A stretch of 64,000 nt of DNA, taken from assembly GCA_025201805.1 (NCBI GenBank), contig MU619284.1, positions 84,484 to 148,483 on the forward strand, given 5' to 3'. Origin of the DNA: Parasitella parasitica NRRL 2501 (Eukaryota; Fungi; Mucoromycota). The notes under the pieces are model-generated. The model searched no databases, was not told the origin of the DNA, and was given only the letters and a program-made list of their open reading frames with translations. Below are positions 13,217 through 25,582 of the stretch, piece by piece; the first letter of the stretch is position 1; each line of letters opens with the position of its first letter. The position numbers and the translations under genes were made by a program.

Positions 13217-13525
13217 TGTATGTTAGAATTGAACAAAAGGTGACAAGGGATAGTGGGAAATGAGGGGTGTCAAATCATTGTAAAATGGATGAGAAAGCCA
13301 CCCCGGCCCCTACTCTGTGTGACGATTTCCACTGCATGCATTGAGATGGCGAGTTGTCAGTCAATGAGAGATGAAGAGTCGACATATCTGGGCTACTCGT
13401 ATACAGTCGCAACTATGGTTAATAGAGTTACTGCAAAGATAAAACTGACCCCCTAAATCATGGACGAAAGCCCATTTGACGCTTCGAATTGCGGATGAGA
13501 AGAGCAGAGGAGCAATAAAAGACGC

Positions 13526-14090
13526 TATGCAGTTCACTCTGATGAAGACAAGACTCAATCCATTCATTTACTTTTCAGCAAATGCTTGAATGCATTTTTT
13601 CTGCTGCAGGACAGTTATCCTCTCATTCCAAGCAATGCAGAAACTGGTCAGATGCTATTGTGAAGGCCCTGAGGGTATCTTTTGAAGAAGAGGAAAAAAG
13701 TCAGGTTGTCGTTGCAACTCGACTAATTTGAAGGTTTCCTGTATTGTACACTGTTTGCAATTATGGCACGTGTCCAAACTGTGCAACGAAATAGTTTGGC
13801 AAAGATTTCTTAGCAGACTCTGTCTTTCTTGATGAATAAGCGTTCCAAGAAGGGTACTCCTGTTCTAAATACAATGTGTACAACGAAGGCATGGCCCCAA
13901 TCGGTTTGAAAGTTGTACGTATAAAATGAGAAGGCTTGGACGTGTAGCTCTGATAGCCAAAACCTCGGAATTCAAATGCCACTCTTGAAAGAAGGACAAT
14001 ATCCTGAAATGAAGAGATCTCGCCTCATCATGGATAATGTTTCTGTCCATAGTTCGACTGCTATAGGAATATATATTCATTCTCGCGAAA
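13526..14090 (+). mobile_element. Degenerate Tc1/mariner (IS630-Tc1, DDE_3) transposase relic
   Basis: Motifs occur in the right order across stops and frameshifts: HTH-like SDEDKTQSIHLLFSKCLNA...QKLVRCYCEGPEGIF..KKSG, then DFLADSVFLDE*AF (first Asp, ~13831), then QYPEMKRSRLIMDNVSVHSSTAIGIYIHSR (second Asp, ~14033). No third-residue motif or TIRs were seen. Confidence 0.7.
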
Positions 14091-14607
14091 GCATCCCCCT
14101 CGTCGACTTACCCACGGCCATAATTCAGAAGATATATTTCGTATTATATATTTGCTGAAAGATAAATCGTGTTCTTAAAAAACGAGTTCTTCAAAATGAT
14201 TATAACAACGGACATTTGCAATCTGTAAGCCAAAAATTTCCACCTGTTCTTATGTGTTTACATAAGAGCTACAAGATATCAAGAATTTTTTGTAATTGAT
14301 ATTTGAAGCACATATAATTAGTTACTCAATCACGAGCCTTTTTTGTTCAACAGTTAAAGATGCTCATTATTAACCATTATGATTCTTCTCTTTGGTATGA
14401 ATGGTTCAAAAGCTACTTGAATCTTAAAAAAATCGCAGTTGAGAGACTATCTGCCCCATTCATAAATCTTTGTTGAGTGTGTTATCTGTCCCAAAGGATT
14501 ATGCATGCGAAACAAAAAGCCATGCTATTGTAAGGTAGCCTTAGTGCTCCAAGGAGCTCAAATATTTAGCTGTCAACATAATTTTTATTGAAGGGATACA
14601 ACGCTTT

Positions 14608-15033
14608 TTAGTAACACGCAGCGGTAGCAGCGTCAACTTTAATCTCTCTGGTCAGTTGGGAAGTCCAAGGGCAGTAGAAACAGCCAGGCAAGAAAGCACC
14701 ACAGGCTTCGTCAAGATGATCATCGACATAAGGAAGGGAAGCATCACAGACCTCAATGGCCATCAAGAAAAAGGAAACAGTGTCAGAGTCATAATGGAAA
14801 TCGTAATGAGGATTATATGGGACTCTGGACTTCTTGATTCTTCCCATGATATGGACACTGTTGGTTTCTTCACCATTCAGGATTCTTCTGGCTTCAGCAA
14901 TTTTAGCATCATTTGTAAGCTTGACGACAAAGTCATTTCGAGAACCAAGAGTACTGAAAGCAAAATAAGCAGTTTCGGCAGCGACGAAAGAGGCAGCAAT
15001 AGTAGCCAACAAGAGCAGAACCAACTTGAACAT
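14608..15033 (-). CDS. Secreted BP74-like / CaM-BP15-like protein, copy 1
   Basis: Signal peptide, then FVVKLTNDAKIAEARRIL, HIMGRI, YNPHYDFH, FFLMAIEVCDA and FLPGCFYCPWTSQLTREI; intronless. Confidence 0.8.
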   Translation of the reverse strand: MFKLVLLLLATIAASFVAAETAYFAFSTLGSRNDFVVKLTNDAKIAEARRILNGEETNSVHIMGRIKKSRVPYNPHYDFHYDSDTVSFFLMAIEVCDASLPYVDDHLDEACGAFLPGCFYCPWTSQLTREIKVDAATAACY

Positions 15034-16785
15034 GTTTTGATAAGATGAAAGATGAGTACAAGTTAAAGTTAAACGAAAGGTTTCTGCTTTATATAACTTT
15101 GTTTTTCTGTGCTCAAAGTAATCGCGACGGATTTATGTTTTGAAAAAGTCTTATGTATCCCAAAAATGAGATGGCAAGGTTGTGTAATCGATCAAGTTTT
15201 GTTTCAAGTACGAGCCTGTCATGCTGTGTACACAAATTCCTTGCTCGATTTGTTTGCTGTTAGTTTACGACGCTCTATGTGCCCATGTTTACTCTTTTGT
15301 CACTGAAACAACTGCATGGGTTGCCTCCTTGTAAATAATGCACGGTATGCGCAAGCGCATAACATCCAAAATTAAAGAGCATGTGTATATAGAGATTGAG
15401 AACGCGCCCGTAATAAAGATAGATCGCTATACATTATCTATTTAGTGATGGAGTTGACATTTACGTAGTTGTTTCAAATGCCAACAAAATATTACTTTTA
15501 CCAATATGGTAATCGTCAACGTACAATTACGCCACATCAACGCATGAATCAAACACATTAGCGCGTTCATCTACGATATGCAGAAATGCATATAATAATA
15601 AACCAAAAAGAAATTAAAACCGGCAGCAAACGCTGGAAGCTGTGGCCCAATTTTCCCTGTTTATTTGCTGTTTCATCTACATGATTATTACTTGCAATGC
15701 CTTATAATATGGAAATAGTGTGTCATGCATACATAAACAGTAAGTTCTGGGTCATCATCTTATCAACAAAATCACGCTATAGCACCACATTTGCTATTTA
15801 GCCGTAAATTACCCTAAATCAGAAGCAAGTGCAGCAGTCAAGTAAATAGTAAAAACAAATTATAAACATCAGCTAATCACCTTTTCAAAGGCCAGAAAAA
15901 AACTAAATCCGAGGATGGAATACAGGACCTTTTCCAAGCAATTATCAGTTGCAATTTTATTTATGTCTTCAAAGATTATTGAAACAAACAGTTCAGTTTT
16001 TGGTTATTACGGCAAATGCTGGTGCCTCTTTATTTTATTGAGCGTTGCAGAAGCATGGAATGTCCAGTTCTAGAGTGTGTAAGATGGATTGAACAACATG
16101 TTGGCTCTAGCTGCTCTGTGTAATACCCCTCATACTCTGATATTTTGGAAAAGTAAAATGTACCGTACATTGTCCAAGTCTGTAGTGTTCAACTCCTTCA
16201 AAGTTTGCAACAGGCTTGTTTGCTTACAGTTTTGATGCACGTAAAGCCTAATAGTTTTACACAGACTTGGTCGATAGGGGTTCTCAAGATCACACCAGAA
16301 TAGTTCTGCTTAACTTATTACCCAGCGAATGAATTTGCTAAAAGGCAAATTTTCAAAACCTTGACGTAATGGCCCTTGAGGCCAAGTCATTGTAGATTCG
16401 ACCTCATACATATTCAAATTGAAAATAGAAGCTACTCGAAAAAAAAAAAAAATGTCCAGAAGCTATATTTAATACGTACATAACTAAAGTCAATAATAGA
16501 TTTAAGACACTAAGCATAATATAACAAGAAAGCTGCGATTGATCAATACGAACAAAGCGCATTTTCATGGCGCTGATGCTTAAAAAAAAAGGTTTTGATG
16601 AACTTGTTACTAAAAATGGAACCGCTGCAAAGCAAACGTAGCAGCTATGCAGGTATCTGACCAAGAAGATCCTTGGCTCCATATGATGTGTTCTTAGGTA
16701 TATTTTGAAATCACATGAAGAAAAAATAATAGTAGAACAACGATTGTCTTTATTTAATCAGAGATGATACATAGCTGTAAATAGA

Positions 16786-17217
16786 TTACCAGAAGGGATT
16801 GCAAGAGGATGAGGCAACATCTGCTTTGATCTCTCTGGTAAGTCTGGAAGTCCAAGGGCAGTAGAAACAACCAGGCAAGAAAGCACCGCAGGCTTCGTCA
16901 AGATGATCGTTGACATAAGAAAGGGAAGCATCACAAACCTCAATTGCGTGTAAGAAAAAGGTAACAGTTGCAGGGTCGAGGTAGAAATCGAAGCGAGGAT
17001 TGTAAGGAGCTGGTCTTTTAATGATTCTTCCCATGACATGGACGCTGTTGGTTTCTTCACCACTCAAGATTCTTCTGGCTTCAGCAATTTTAGCATCATC
17101 TGTAAGCTGGAAAACGAATTCTTGAGATTCATAAGTCTTGAATGCAAAATAAGCAGTTTCAGCAGCGACGAAAGAGGCAGTAATAGTAGCCAACAAGAGC
17201 AAAACCAACTTGAACAT
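16786..17217 (-). CDS. Secreted BP74-like / CaM-BP15-like protein, copy 2 (diverged paralog)
   Basis: Same motif set (HVMGRIIKRPAPYNPRFDFYLDP, AIEVCDA, CPWTSRLTRE); ATG at 17217. Confidence 0.8.
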   Translation of the reverse strand: MFKLVLLLLATITASFVAAETAYFAFKTYESQEFVFQLTDDAKIAEARRILSGEETNSVHVMGRIIKRPAPYNPRFDFYLDPATVTFFLHAIEVCDASLSYVNDHLDEACGAFLPGCFYCPWTSRLTREIKADVASSSCNPFW

Positions 17218-18705
17218 TATTTGAGAAGATAGAAGATGAAGATGAGTCAAAACCAAATGAAAGGAGCATCCATTATATAGTTTTTGCTATGTTCTTTTTA
17301 AGTAACTTCAGTGGATTTATGTTATACATGGTTTTAAATGTCCTAGAGACGACCTTTTTTGTTTTGTTTCAGATGTGCTGTCTCTGCCGTCAACCGATTC
17401 GCTTTGCTATTTTTCTGATTTATGTGTACAATGCGCTATCTGATAACTTTTCGAAGCAAAGTGGAATACTGTAATATTTTGCATAAAGCAAACTATAACC
17501 TATACGTATTTGCTTTTCTTGCTGTTCATGTCCTACAATAGTAATAATATCTACGTAATAAAATCAGAAGTTAAACTATAGTTACGTCGAATACATTCAA
17601 ACACACAAAAAAGCACAAGCGCAAGATTAATACAAGTGAGATGCATTTACATCACCAGTATACCTTTTACCGATATGGTAATCACCACCATACCAATTAC
17701 GCCACTAGAATTGCATGAATTAAATTATTTTAGCAGGTTCAGGTACACGAACTGTTAATAAACTAAAAAGAAATTTAATCCGAGAGATCTTCTAGGCGTT
17801 TCAGGTCAATCTAATAAAGCTGCAGTTCCCATCTCCTTGTTTACTGGTTTTACAATACACATATAGTGTAGACAAAGGTGCCATCGCTTCAACTAAAGCG
17901 CTTCATCGCACCACATGCTACAACAGCATGTATTTATTACGAGGCCCGAAGGCTTTAAGTAAACAAAATAATATAGGACGCGAATATAGTATTTGTACAA
18001 TTCTAATGAACCTTGTCGTCCAAAATTTAGCATGTATGTTGCTGAGATGTACAGTATTGGATGTAAATGCACAGATGTATTTGATATTGCGGAGCAAGTA
18101 GTAGCAATATCAAATACTCTTTTCCATGTGAGATTTGCAGGCACTTTGAACGTTTCATGTAAATTACATTGTACATAAAGACATAGAGTACAGTATAAAT
18201 TTACTCTATTAGAGTTATGCGAAGCCCACCAGCGAAATTTTGGGAAGCCATTGTTTTAGAATGTAGTAAATCATTAATATTCAACATTTAAGAAAAAAAA
18301 AAAAAAAAAGACGGGTACTCAAGTCTAACGCTCAACATGTTTAGATGTAAAGCTGTAGCGCGGATGAAACGACCAAAACAAAAGTTTGTAAGCACAATTA
18401 CGCGATTGAGCTCGCTAAAATGTGTTCATGTCGCGTAAGAGTACGTATGCGGTACTGTTTGATAAATGCGGTGATCGTACTTGTATATTTGTAACGCAAA
18501 CACCTTTTCTAGGTTTTGCCAATGCCATCTATGCTCGATCATCAGAAAAGGTACGTATCATCATAACCTACACCTGAAACAAAATAAACTGCCATACATA
18601 CTTACAGATCCGTCTTTGATGCTTTTGAAAGAAAAACGAATATATATCAGAAGCCATATCTTTTAATTTCAAAATATCCATAAAAAACTTTTATCGTCTC
18701 AAAAC

Positions 18706-19140
18706 ATGTTCAAGTTGGTTCTGCTCTTGTTGGCTACTATTGCTGCCTCTTTCGTCGCTGCCGAAACTGCTTATTTTGCTTTCAGTACTCTTGGTTCTCG
18801 AAATGACTTTGTCGTCAAGCTTACAAATGATGCTAAAATTGCTGAAGCCAGAAGAATCCTGAATGGTGAAGAAACCAACAGTGTCCATATCATGGGAAGA
18901 ATCAAGAAGTCCAGAGTCCCATATAATCCTCATTACGATTTCCATTATGACTCTGACACTGTTTCCTTTTTCTTGATGGCCATTGAGGTTTGTGATGCTT
19001 CCCTTCCTTATGTCGATGATCATCTTGACGAAGCCTGTGGTGCTTTCTTGCCTGGCTGTTTCTACTGCCCTTGGACTTCCCAACTGACCAGAGAGATCAA
19101 AGCAGATGTTGCCTCATCTTCCTGCAATCCCTTTTGGTAA
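18706..19140 (+). CDS. Secreted BP74-like / CaM-BP15-like protein, copy 3 (inverted; copy-1 body with copy-2 tail)
   Basis: Protein is identical to copy 1 up to LTREIK, then ends ADVASSSCNPFW as in copy 2. Confidence 0.8.
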   Translation: MFKLVLLLLATIAASFVAAETAYFAFSTLGSRNDFVVKLTNDAKIAEARRILNGEETNSVHIMGRIKKSRVPYNPHYDFHYDSDTVSFFLMAIEVCDASLPYVDDHLDEACGAFLPGCFYCPWTSQLTREIKADVASSSCNPFW

Positions 19141-19689
19141 TTCATTTTATACTATGTATCATCTCTGATTAAATAAAGAAATTGTCTTTTTTTTTTACCA
19201 TTGCGAACATGTTATTTTTTTTAAAACCGATTTCATGATATGCCATGCCTCTCGCAGACCGCCATAATACTCAAAATACCTTTTAGGCAGTACTATCCTC
19301 TTTAAATTATCTCATTAGAAACCAAGTCTGATATCGTCCTAGGCATTCAATGATTATATGCATAATACAGAGCTTTATAGCTTATCTTGAACGAAAATAT
19401 ACTTTTTGTACCAAGTATTAGGCATATCAGTAAAAATATGTTCAAGTGTGCTGCGATCGACTAAAGCAGTATTCGAGTTTCATGCATGTTTTCTGCCTCT
19501 GCCGTTAGCGCCGAAGCTGATGAACCCTGTTCTAACAGTTAGATTCGTTTTCAGATTGCTAAATAGATGTGCATACACGGCTACATGCATGTCAAGATGA
19601 GAACCGTGCTCTATAAAGTTTAAGTTTTATTATTAATATGTTACAAGTGTATGAAATGATAAGGGTTTTTGGCAAAAAAAAAAAGCATT

Positions 19690-22600
19690 TTAATGCTTAG
19701 CACCACTACGCTTCAATAAGGTAACTTCGGCCTGCAGCTCAGGCAAAGCACGGTAACCAGGAGATGGTTGAGGCATATAACCAACCTTGATCAAATAGGC
19801 AAGATAGAGACCCAAAAGGTCATCATCCATCCAAGGTAGTTTAACACCATCCAGAGACAATACAGCTTGAGTATGAGTATCGTTTAATTGAGCGCTCTTG
19901 GTAGATGTTGGCAAATCGTCAAGGACGAAGTGGAGAAGAGGGAACAAAGAGTGGTCTTGCGATTTGAGAGTGTATTCCATCAGCTTGTTTCTCCAATCAA
20001 TATACTCTGTTTGTTGGCATTGATAGCCATAAGTAAGCAGTGAACCAAACAGTTCGTTGTAAGTGAATCCAGCAGGGTGTGTAACTTGAAGTACACCCAG
20101 CTTGGTAGACTCTCGATCGTGGTAGGCAGCTCCAGAAACAACAGAGGCTACATAATCAACAGCACAGCAGTTTATGTCGTTGGACATGGCAGGAAGATAG
20201 CCAAGTTCGACACAACCCTTCAGCAAGCGCCAAATAAAATCATCAGTGTTGGTGACACCTGAACGAGAATCACCCAAAATGTAACCAGGACGAACAATGG
20301 TTGCAGGCATACCTCGGCTTCTCGCTTCCATGATCAACTTTTCAGCAACCCACTTGCTCTGACCATACCCATTTTCGAGACCAACACGGCCATCTTCTAA
20401 ATCGTTGTTTTCATATACAGGAGCGCCAGTCTCAAGGAAAGCAGGTGTATCGAGAACAGATGTAGACGAGACGAAATGGAATGACTTTTGACGTTGCTCA
20501 GTAGCTAAACGCATAGCCCAGAGGGTACCCACCACATTAGGGGCTCGCAATTGATGGTAAGGGTAAACCCAGTGAACAAGAGCGCCGTTGTGGACCACAG
20601 CATCAGCACTGGAGGCACAGCGAGACCAATCCTCCTCGGACAAACCAAGATGATCACTTCCCAAATCACCACAGACGGCTTCAATGCGACCTTCCCAAGC
20701 ATCGCTCCAAAGCAAATGGTCAATAGAGGCTTGCTTGATACGTTGGAAAGCACCGGCGTTATCCTTGGCACGAACAACACAGATAACCTTCTTGGTATCC
20801 TTGAAGCTAAGAAGCTTGTCCAGAATGAAGGCACCCAAGAAACCAGTTCCACCAGTTAACACAAACGTGCGACCCTCAGCAGAAGGAGCAGCTAAAGGAC
20901 CATAGAATTCGGCAAGGAATTCCTTTGCCAAGGGCCCAATGTCGGCAGCATAATCAACAACCTCCTTCTTCTTTTCTTCTGGCTGTTGCGCGAGGTTGTC
21001 TTCCAGCAAAAGATCGCCATTTTGCAGTTTGTTGACCTCGCGAGCAAGACCGGCAATAGTGGGTTCAGCAAAAACAAGGCCGAGGGGAGCATCCACTTGG
21101 AACTTTTGTCTGATTTCAAAGATGAGACGAGTAGCAATCAATGAGTGGCCACCAATGTCAAAGAAGTTTTCATGGAGGCCTATCACAGGGTCAGACGAAG
21201 GCAAGAGTTCTTTCCAAATAGCATGTATAGTGGCTTCATTTTGAGACATGGCAGGAAGTGCAGTGCTGTCAGCTGCATCAGCTGCTGTGGCATTCTTATT
21301 GAATTGTGCAGTATCGGGGAAAGGCAAAGCATTCTTATCAACTTTACCATTAGGTGTCAGAGGCATACGAACCAAAGGCACAAAAACAGCAGGAATAGCG
21401 TAAGAAGGCAGCTTTTGCTTCAAGTAATCACGGACATGCTTGATGAGTCTTCGGAAACGATGGCTGGAGCGAACATCGCTGTCGTCGTAATCAGCCTCTC
21501 CTTCAGTAGCACTAGCAAAGTCGCCCTCGGCGCCGTCCAAGTTGGGGACGAAATAAGCAACAAGGGTTTGCTCTTCGTTCTTGTCACGACGAACCAAGGT
21601 AACGTTTTCACGGATACAAGGATGTTGGGACAAATGCGTGTCGATTTCGCCCAGCTCAATACGGAAGCCTCGGATTTTGACTTGGTCATCGGCACGGCCA
21701 GTGCATTCCACATTGCCGTCAGGACGATAACGGCCCAGATCACCAGAACGATACATGCGATCACGCTTGCCGAGATAGAATTGCTTCCAAGCATCACCTT
21801 CAACGCAAGACTCGTCTACGCCGTCATCTTGACAAGGATTAGGAACAAACCAGTTAGGAATGAACTTTTCTGCAGTAGCTTCAGGCAGTTGAAGATAGCC
21901 CTCAGCAAGACCAGGAGCACGCACGTAAATCTCCCCAATCTCTCCAACACCGCACATTTTGCTGCGATCATGACGGTTGACAACCAAAAGCTGCACATTG
22001 ACCATGCCCTTACCAGCAGCGATAACTTCCTTTTGAGAGCTCAAGAAAGCAGGGTGGGATGAACGAGCAGGCACAATGAAATGGGAGACAGAGCGTTGGG
22101 TTTCAGTGGTGCCATACATGTTGATGACGGCTACGTTGGGAGCGTACTTTTGAATACGAGCAGCATCACGTTTGGTCAAGATATCACCCACAAAGAAAGC
22201 ATTGACGAGGGAAGGGATTTCAACCTGAGCATGAGAAGACAAGAGCTGACCCATAGCTGGTGTCAAGTGGGTAACGGTGACCTGGCTCTTGTTCATCCAT
22301 TCAGCAAGACGGCCGGGAATGCCAATGTCTTCAGACGTAGGAATATGCAACTCGGAGCCCAAGAAAAGAGGAGTAAAAATGTCTCGCTGGATAGGGTCGT
22401 GGGCAATACCAGAGAGCATGGTGAACTTGTCTTGCCTGGAGAGGCCAAATGTCTCGGCCATCCAGGGGTAGAAATGTGTCAGAGAGAAATGTCTGCCACG
22501 AACACCCTTGGGGATACCCGTGCTCCCACTAGTAAAACTTAGAGTACCAATGCTATCGGGGCCGATGACAATACCGGTGTCTTGAGAGGCCTTTCCGCGA

Positions 22601-24048
22601 ACGTCATCCAGCAAATCTCCATTACCATCAGCAGATGCTGATCCACCATACAAATGACCATCTCGGCCAATCTTGAGGCTGGGGATTTCGCACACTATGT
22701 TTTGCTCCTTCTTGATATAATCTCTTACGGAATCAGCAATATTACCAGCTTCTTGTAAAACAATCAAACCGCTAGGCTTGGCTACAGAAAGATAGATTTC
22801 TTGACGAGCAGGAGGATAAGCAGGATCTGTAGCTCATGTTAGTAAATTTGTCTGATAGCTATAACTCACCCCCCCTCTCTCCTCTTTATATATATATATA
22901 TATAAACAATTTACCAATAACACTAAATGTGGCACCAGCCTTGAGGACGCCCATAATGGCAATGACAAGATCAACGCCTCTGTAGGCATAAATCATGACA
23001 ACGTCCTCTCTTTGAATTCCATTTGCCACAAGATAATGAGCAACAATGTTGGATGCATGATGAATTTGCTGGTAGTTGTAAGTAACAGTGGCATCAGATT
23101 CATCCAAAGATTCTACGATACAGGTACGTTCAGGATGCTTGTTGGCATTTGCAGAAAAAATGTCAGTGATGGCGCCTCTCCATTGAGACCAGTGCAGGTC
23201 AGATGTAGGATTAGGCAGTGGCGAGCCTTGCAATCCCGAATCAGACAATGGAATTTGACCCACTGCAAGTTCTTGCGACTTGGCACCAATTTCAACCAAT
23301 GTCGTCAATTGAGAAAAGAGATATTCAATACGTCTAGGAGAGAATAAGATTTGATTATATACAACACGGATGGAGACAGGGCGAAGGAAAGAAGTTCGAA
23401 GCGACGAGGATTGCTCGGGAGAAGAGATGAAGACGGTCAGGTCTGAACTAGCAGAGGTACTAGCCAAATGCTGCTGAGAAGGTGTGTCTATTTCATTGTA
23501 AAAACGAACACGGCAAAGTGGACGTCTGCTCTCGGGATCTGTATCCTTGAACACAGCTTCGTATAACTGATCAAAAGGGACTTCTTGACTTAAAGCCTCT
23601 TTCTCAACCTATGCATGTCCCCACAAACACGCACACACACATAGACGCAAGTTAGACATATTCTAGTGAAAAAATCTCCATCCGCATTCCTTACCTCTGT
23701 CACCATCTGAATGATACTGGACAATGTGCTTGCGGGATCGATGTTGAGACGTAGTAAAAGAGGATTTCCAGTAGGGGACGAGGTGCCAATGGCGAATTCT
23801 TCGTCGCCAGTGTAGCGTTGAAGAAGAACCGAGAATGCGGCCAGAATGATCGAGAAGGGCGTAGGTCGAGAGGGAATCATGGAGAATTGAGCAAGGCTCA
23901 ATAGTGTTTGCTCCGAAAGATCAAACGATTGAACCTCTTCGACAGTACGAGCAGGTAATGGTCTAGGATAGTCTGTAGGCACTTGCAAATCTGTCAGATT
24001 TTGGAGACGAGACTTCCATAGTGCAATGTTGTCAGCTGTATTCACCAT
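19690..24048 (-). CDS. LYS2: L-2-aminoadipate reductase (NRPS-like A-T-R), 2 introns
   Basis: TLSFTSGSTGIPKGVRGRHFSL, SGIAHDPIQRDIFTP, NMYGTTETQR, YRSGDLGRY, carrier motif FFDIGGHSL, reductase motifs LTGGTGFLG and GYGQSKWVAE. Confidence 0.96.
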
Positions 24049-24343
24049 GTTTAAGTATTATATATAATGGAAAGAGAAGAGGTGTTTTTTTTTATTGATG
24101 GAGAATTGCATTATATATATAATCCTCTCCCGCTATCTTCTTAATATGGTAATTGATGTATAGATGGAATACCTTCAGAAAGATCAACAGTCATTCCGCC
24201 TCTGGAATTCAACAAGCACTCTAAAAGATCGAATTCCATAAAAGGTGTTGCGCAAGATTATCAGTTTAATTGATAGATCAAACCACCAGTTTTTATTTTT
24301 CTTTGCGCCTAATTATTTTTTGGCTGCAAAGTGTGTCTAAATG

Positions 24344-25164
24344 TTAATCCTGTGCTGGCTTGGCTGCTGGCTCGGCTCTTTTATTGGAAATCGTGTCTTC
24401 AAGATCGATGTTCTCTGTAGATACCTTTGAATAATTGTTTTTGTTGATGGTTTTGTAGTAGCGGGTGACAACAAATGCAAAATAAAACTAAATACATTGA
24501 ATTAAATTTGACATTTTCAGCCAGACAAGTCAGTTTAAACTTACATGGACCAATCTTAGCACCACAAGAACAGCGATACTGACTTGACTCTCCATCCTAA
24601 ACACACGATCATGCTCTGCTAACTTTTCTGGATCATCTGTCAATTCGGGTAAGCTGTGGTCAGTGTACATAAACCAAGTTACTGCGAACCAAACTGTCGT
24701 AATTAAACTAACAAAGCAATCCAGCCAAAATATCATGGTGTACCAGCGAAGAATCCGAATGTTATCCTACATAATAAATCGTTTGAGATTACTTGCAGCA
24801 GCTGTATCAAGTGGAATGCAAAGCATACTGTATAGAGACCGTAAAGACCATACGAAAATATCACTATGGCAACAAGAGAATATATGTAGATCAAGGTAGC
24901 AAAAACATCGCTAAAATCAAACGATAAAATGCCATAGAAACCAGAGAGTTTATTCAGCTAGTTGAACAAAGTAAATGTACAAGAAACACTCAGTTTGATA
25001 AAACAATGACTTACAATACCAAATATTGTAATGAGCAATACTCCTAATTTCAGGTTGAAAGTATGCCTTAAATTCAATGACTCATTATCGATAAAATAGA
25101 TTATGTAATTACCGGTTTTGATAGGTACAAATCCACAGCATAGTCTTCCCTTTGAGAATGGCAT
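24344..25164 (-). CDS. KEI1: Kei1-like IPC synthase regulatory subunit (DUF1753), multi-exon
   Basis: CCGFVPIKTG|VLLITIFGI|LNKLSGFYGIL, LDCFVSLITTVWFAVTWF and ESQVSIAVLVVLRLVH|FYFAFVV. Confidence 0.75.
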
Positions 25165-25582
25165 GTTTTTCTTTTTCAAAGTGGAGGAAAAAGAAATTTT
25201 TGTTTATATTTATGTTTGTGGTGTATACCAATGTCCGAATCCACAATCCATCGCTCAACGGTTAATCCGTCGGTGCGTATCTTTTACCGTGCAACCACTT
25301 AAATAAAATCGCATCATGGGTTGGCAAATACATTTTAAGCTGGCATTTTAGTTGTTGTGTGAATTTCACTGATTATACCTTTACAGCAGTTTAGAGATCT
25401 TTGTGTTTCAACATTTTTTGCAAAACAGTGGACTATTCTATTTGATCCTTCTCTCTTTCGTATCAAGCAAAGCGAGACATGCCTGAGTTTCAACCAGGAA
25501 TAAAGCAAATTGGAATAAAATACAACTGAACCCTTAGTTTACTCGAGATACATCCTTCTTTCGCTCTAGTTTCACTTGAAAT

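Noticed and set aside
19690-24048. Possible secondary-metabolite NRPS cluster
   Set aside because: The motifs are specifically those of Lys2 aminoadipate reductase, and no tailoring genes lie nearby
24049-24343. Gcn4/CpcA TGACTC sites upstream of LYS2 and homocitrate synthase
   Set aside because: Only partial matches were seen, with no exact site close to either start
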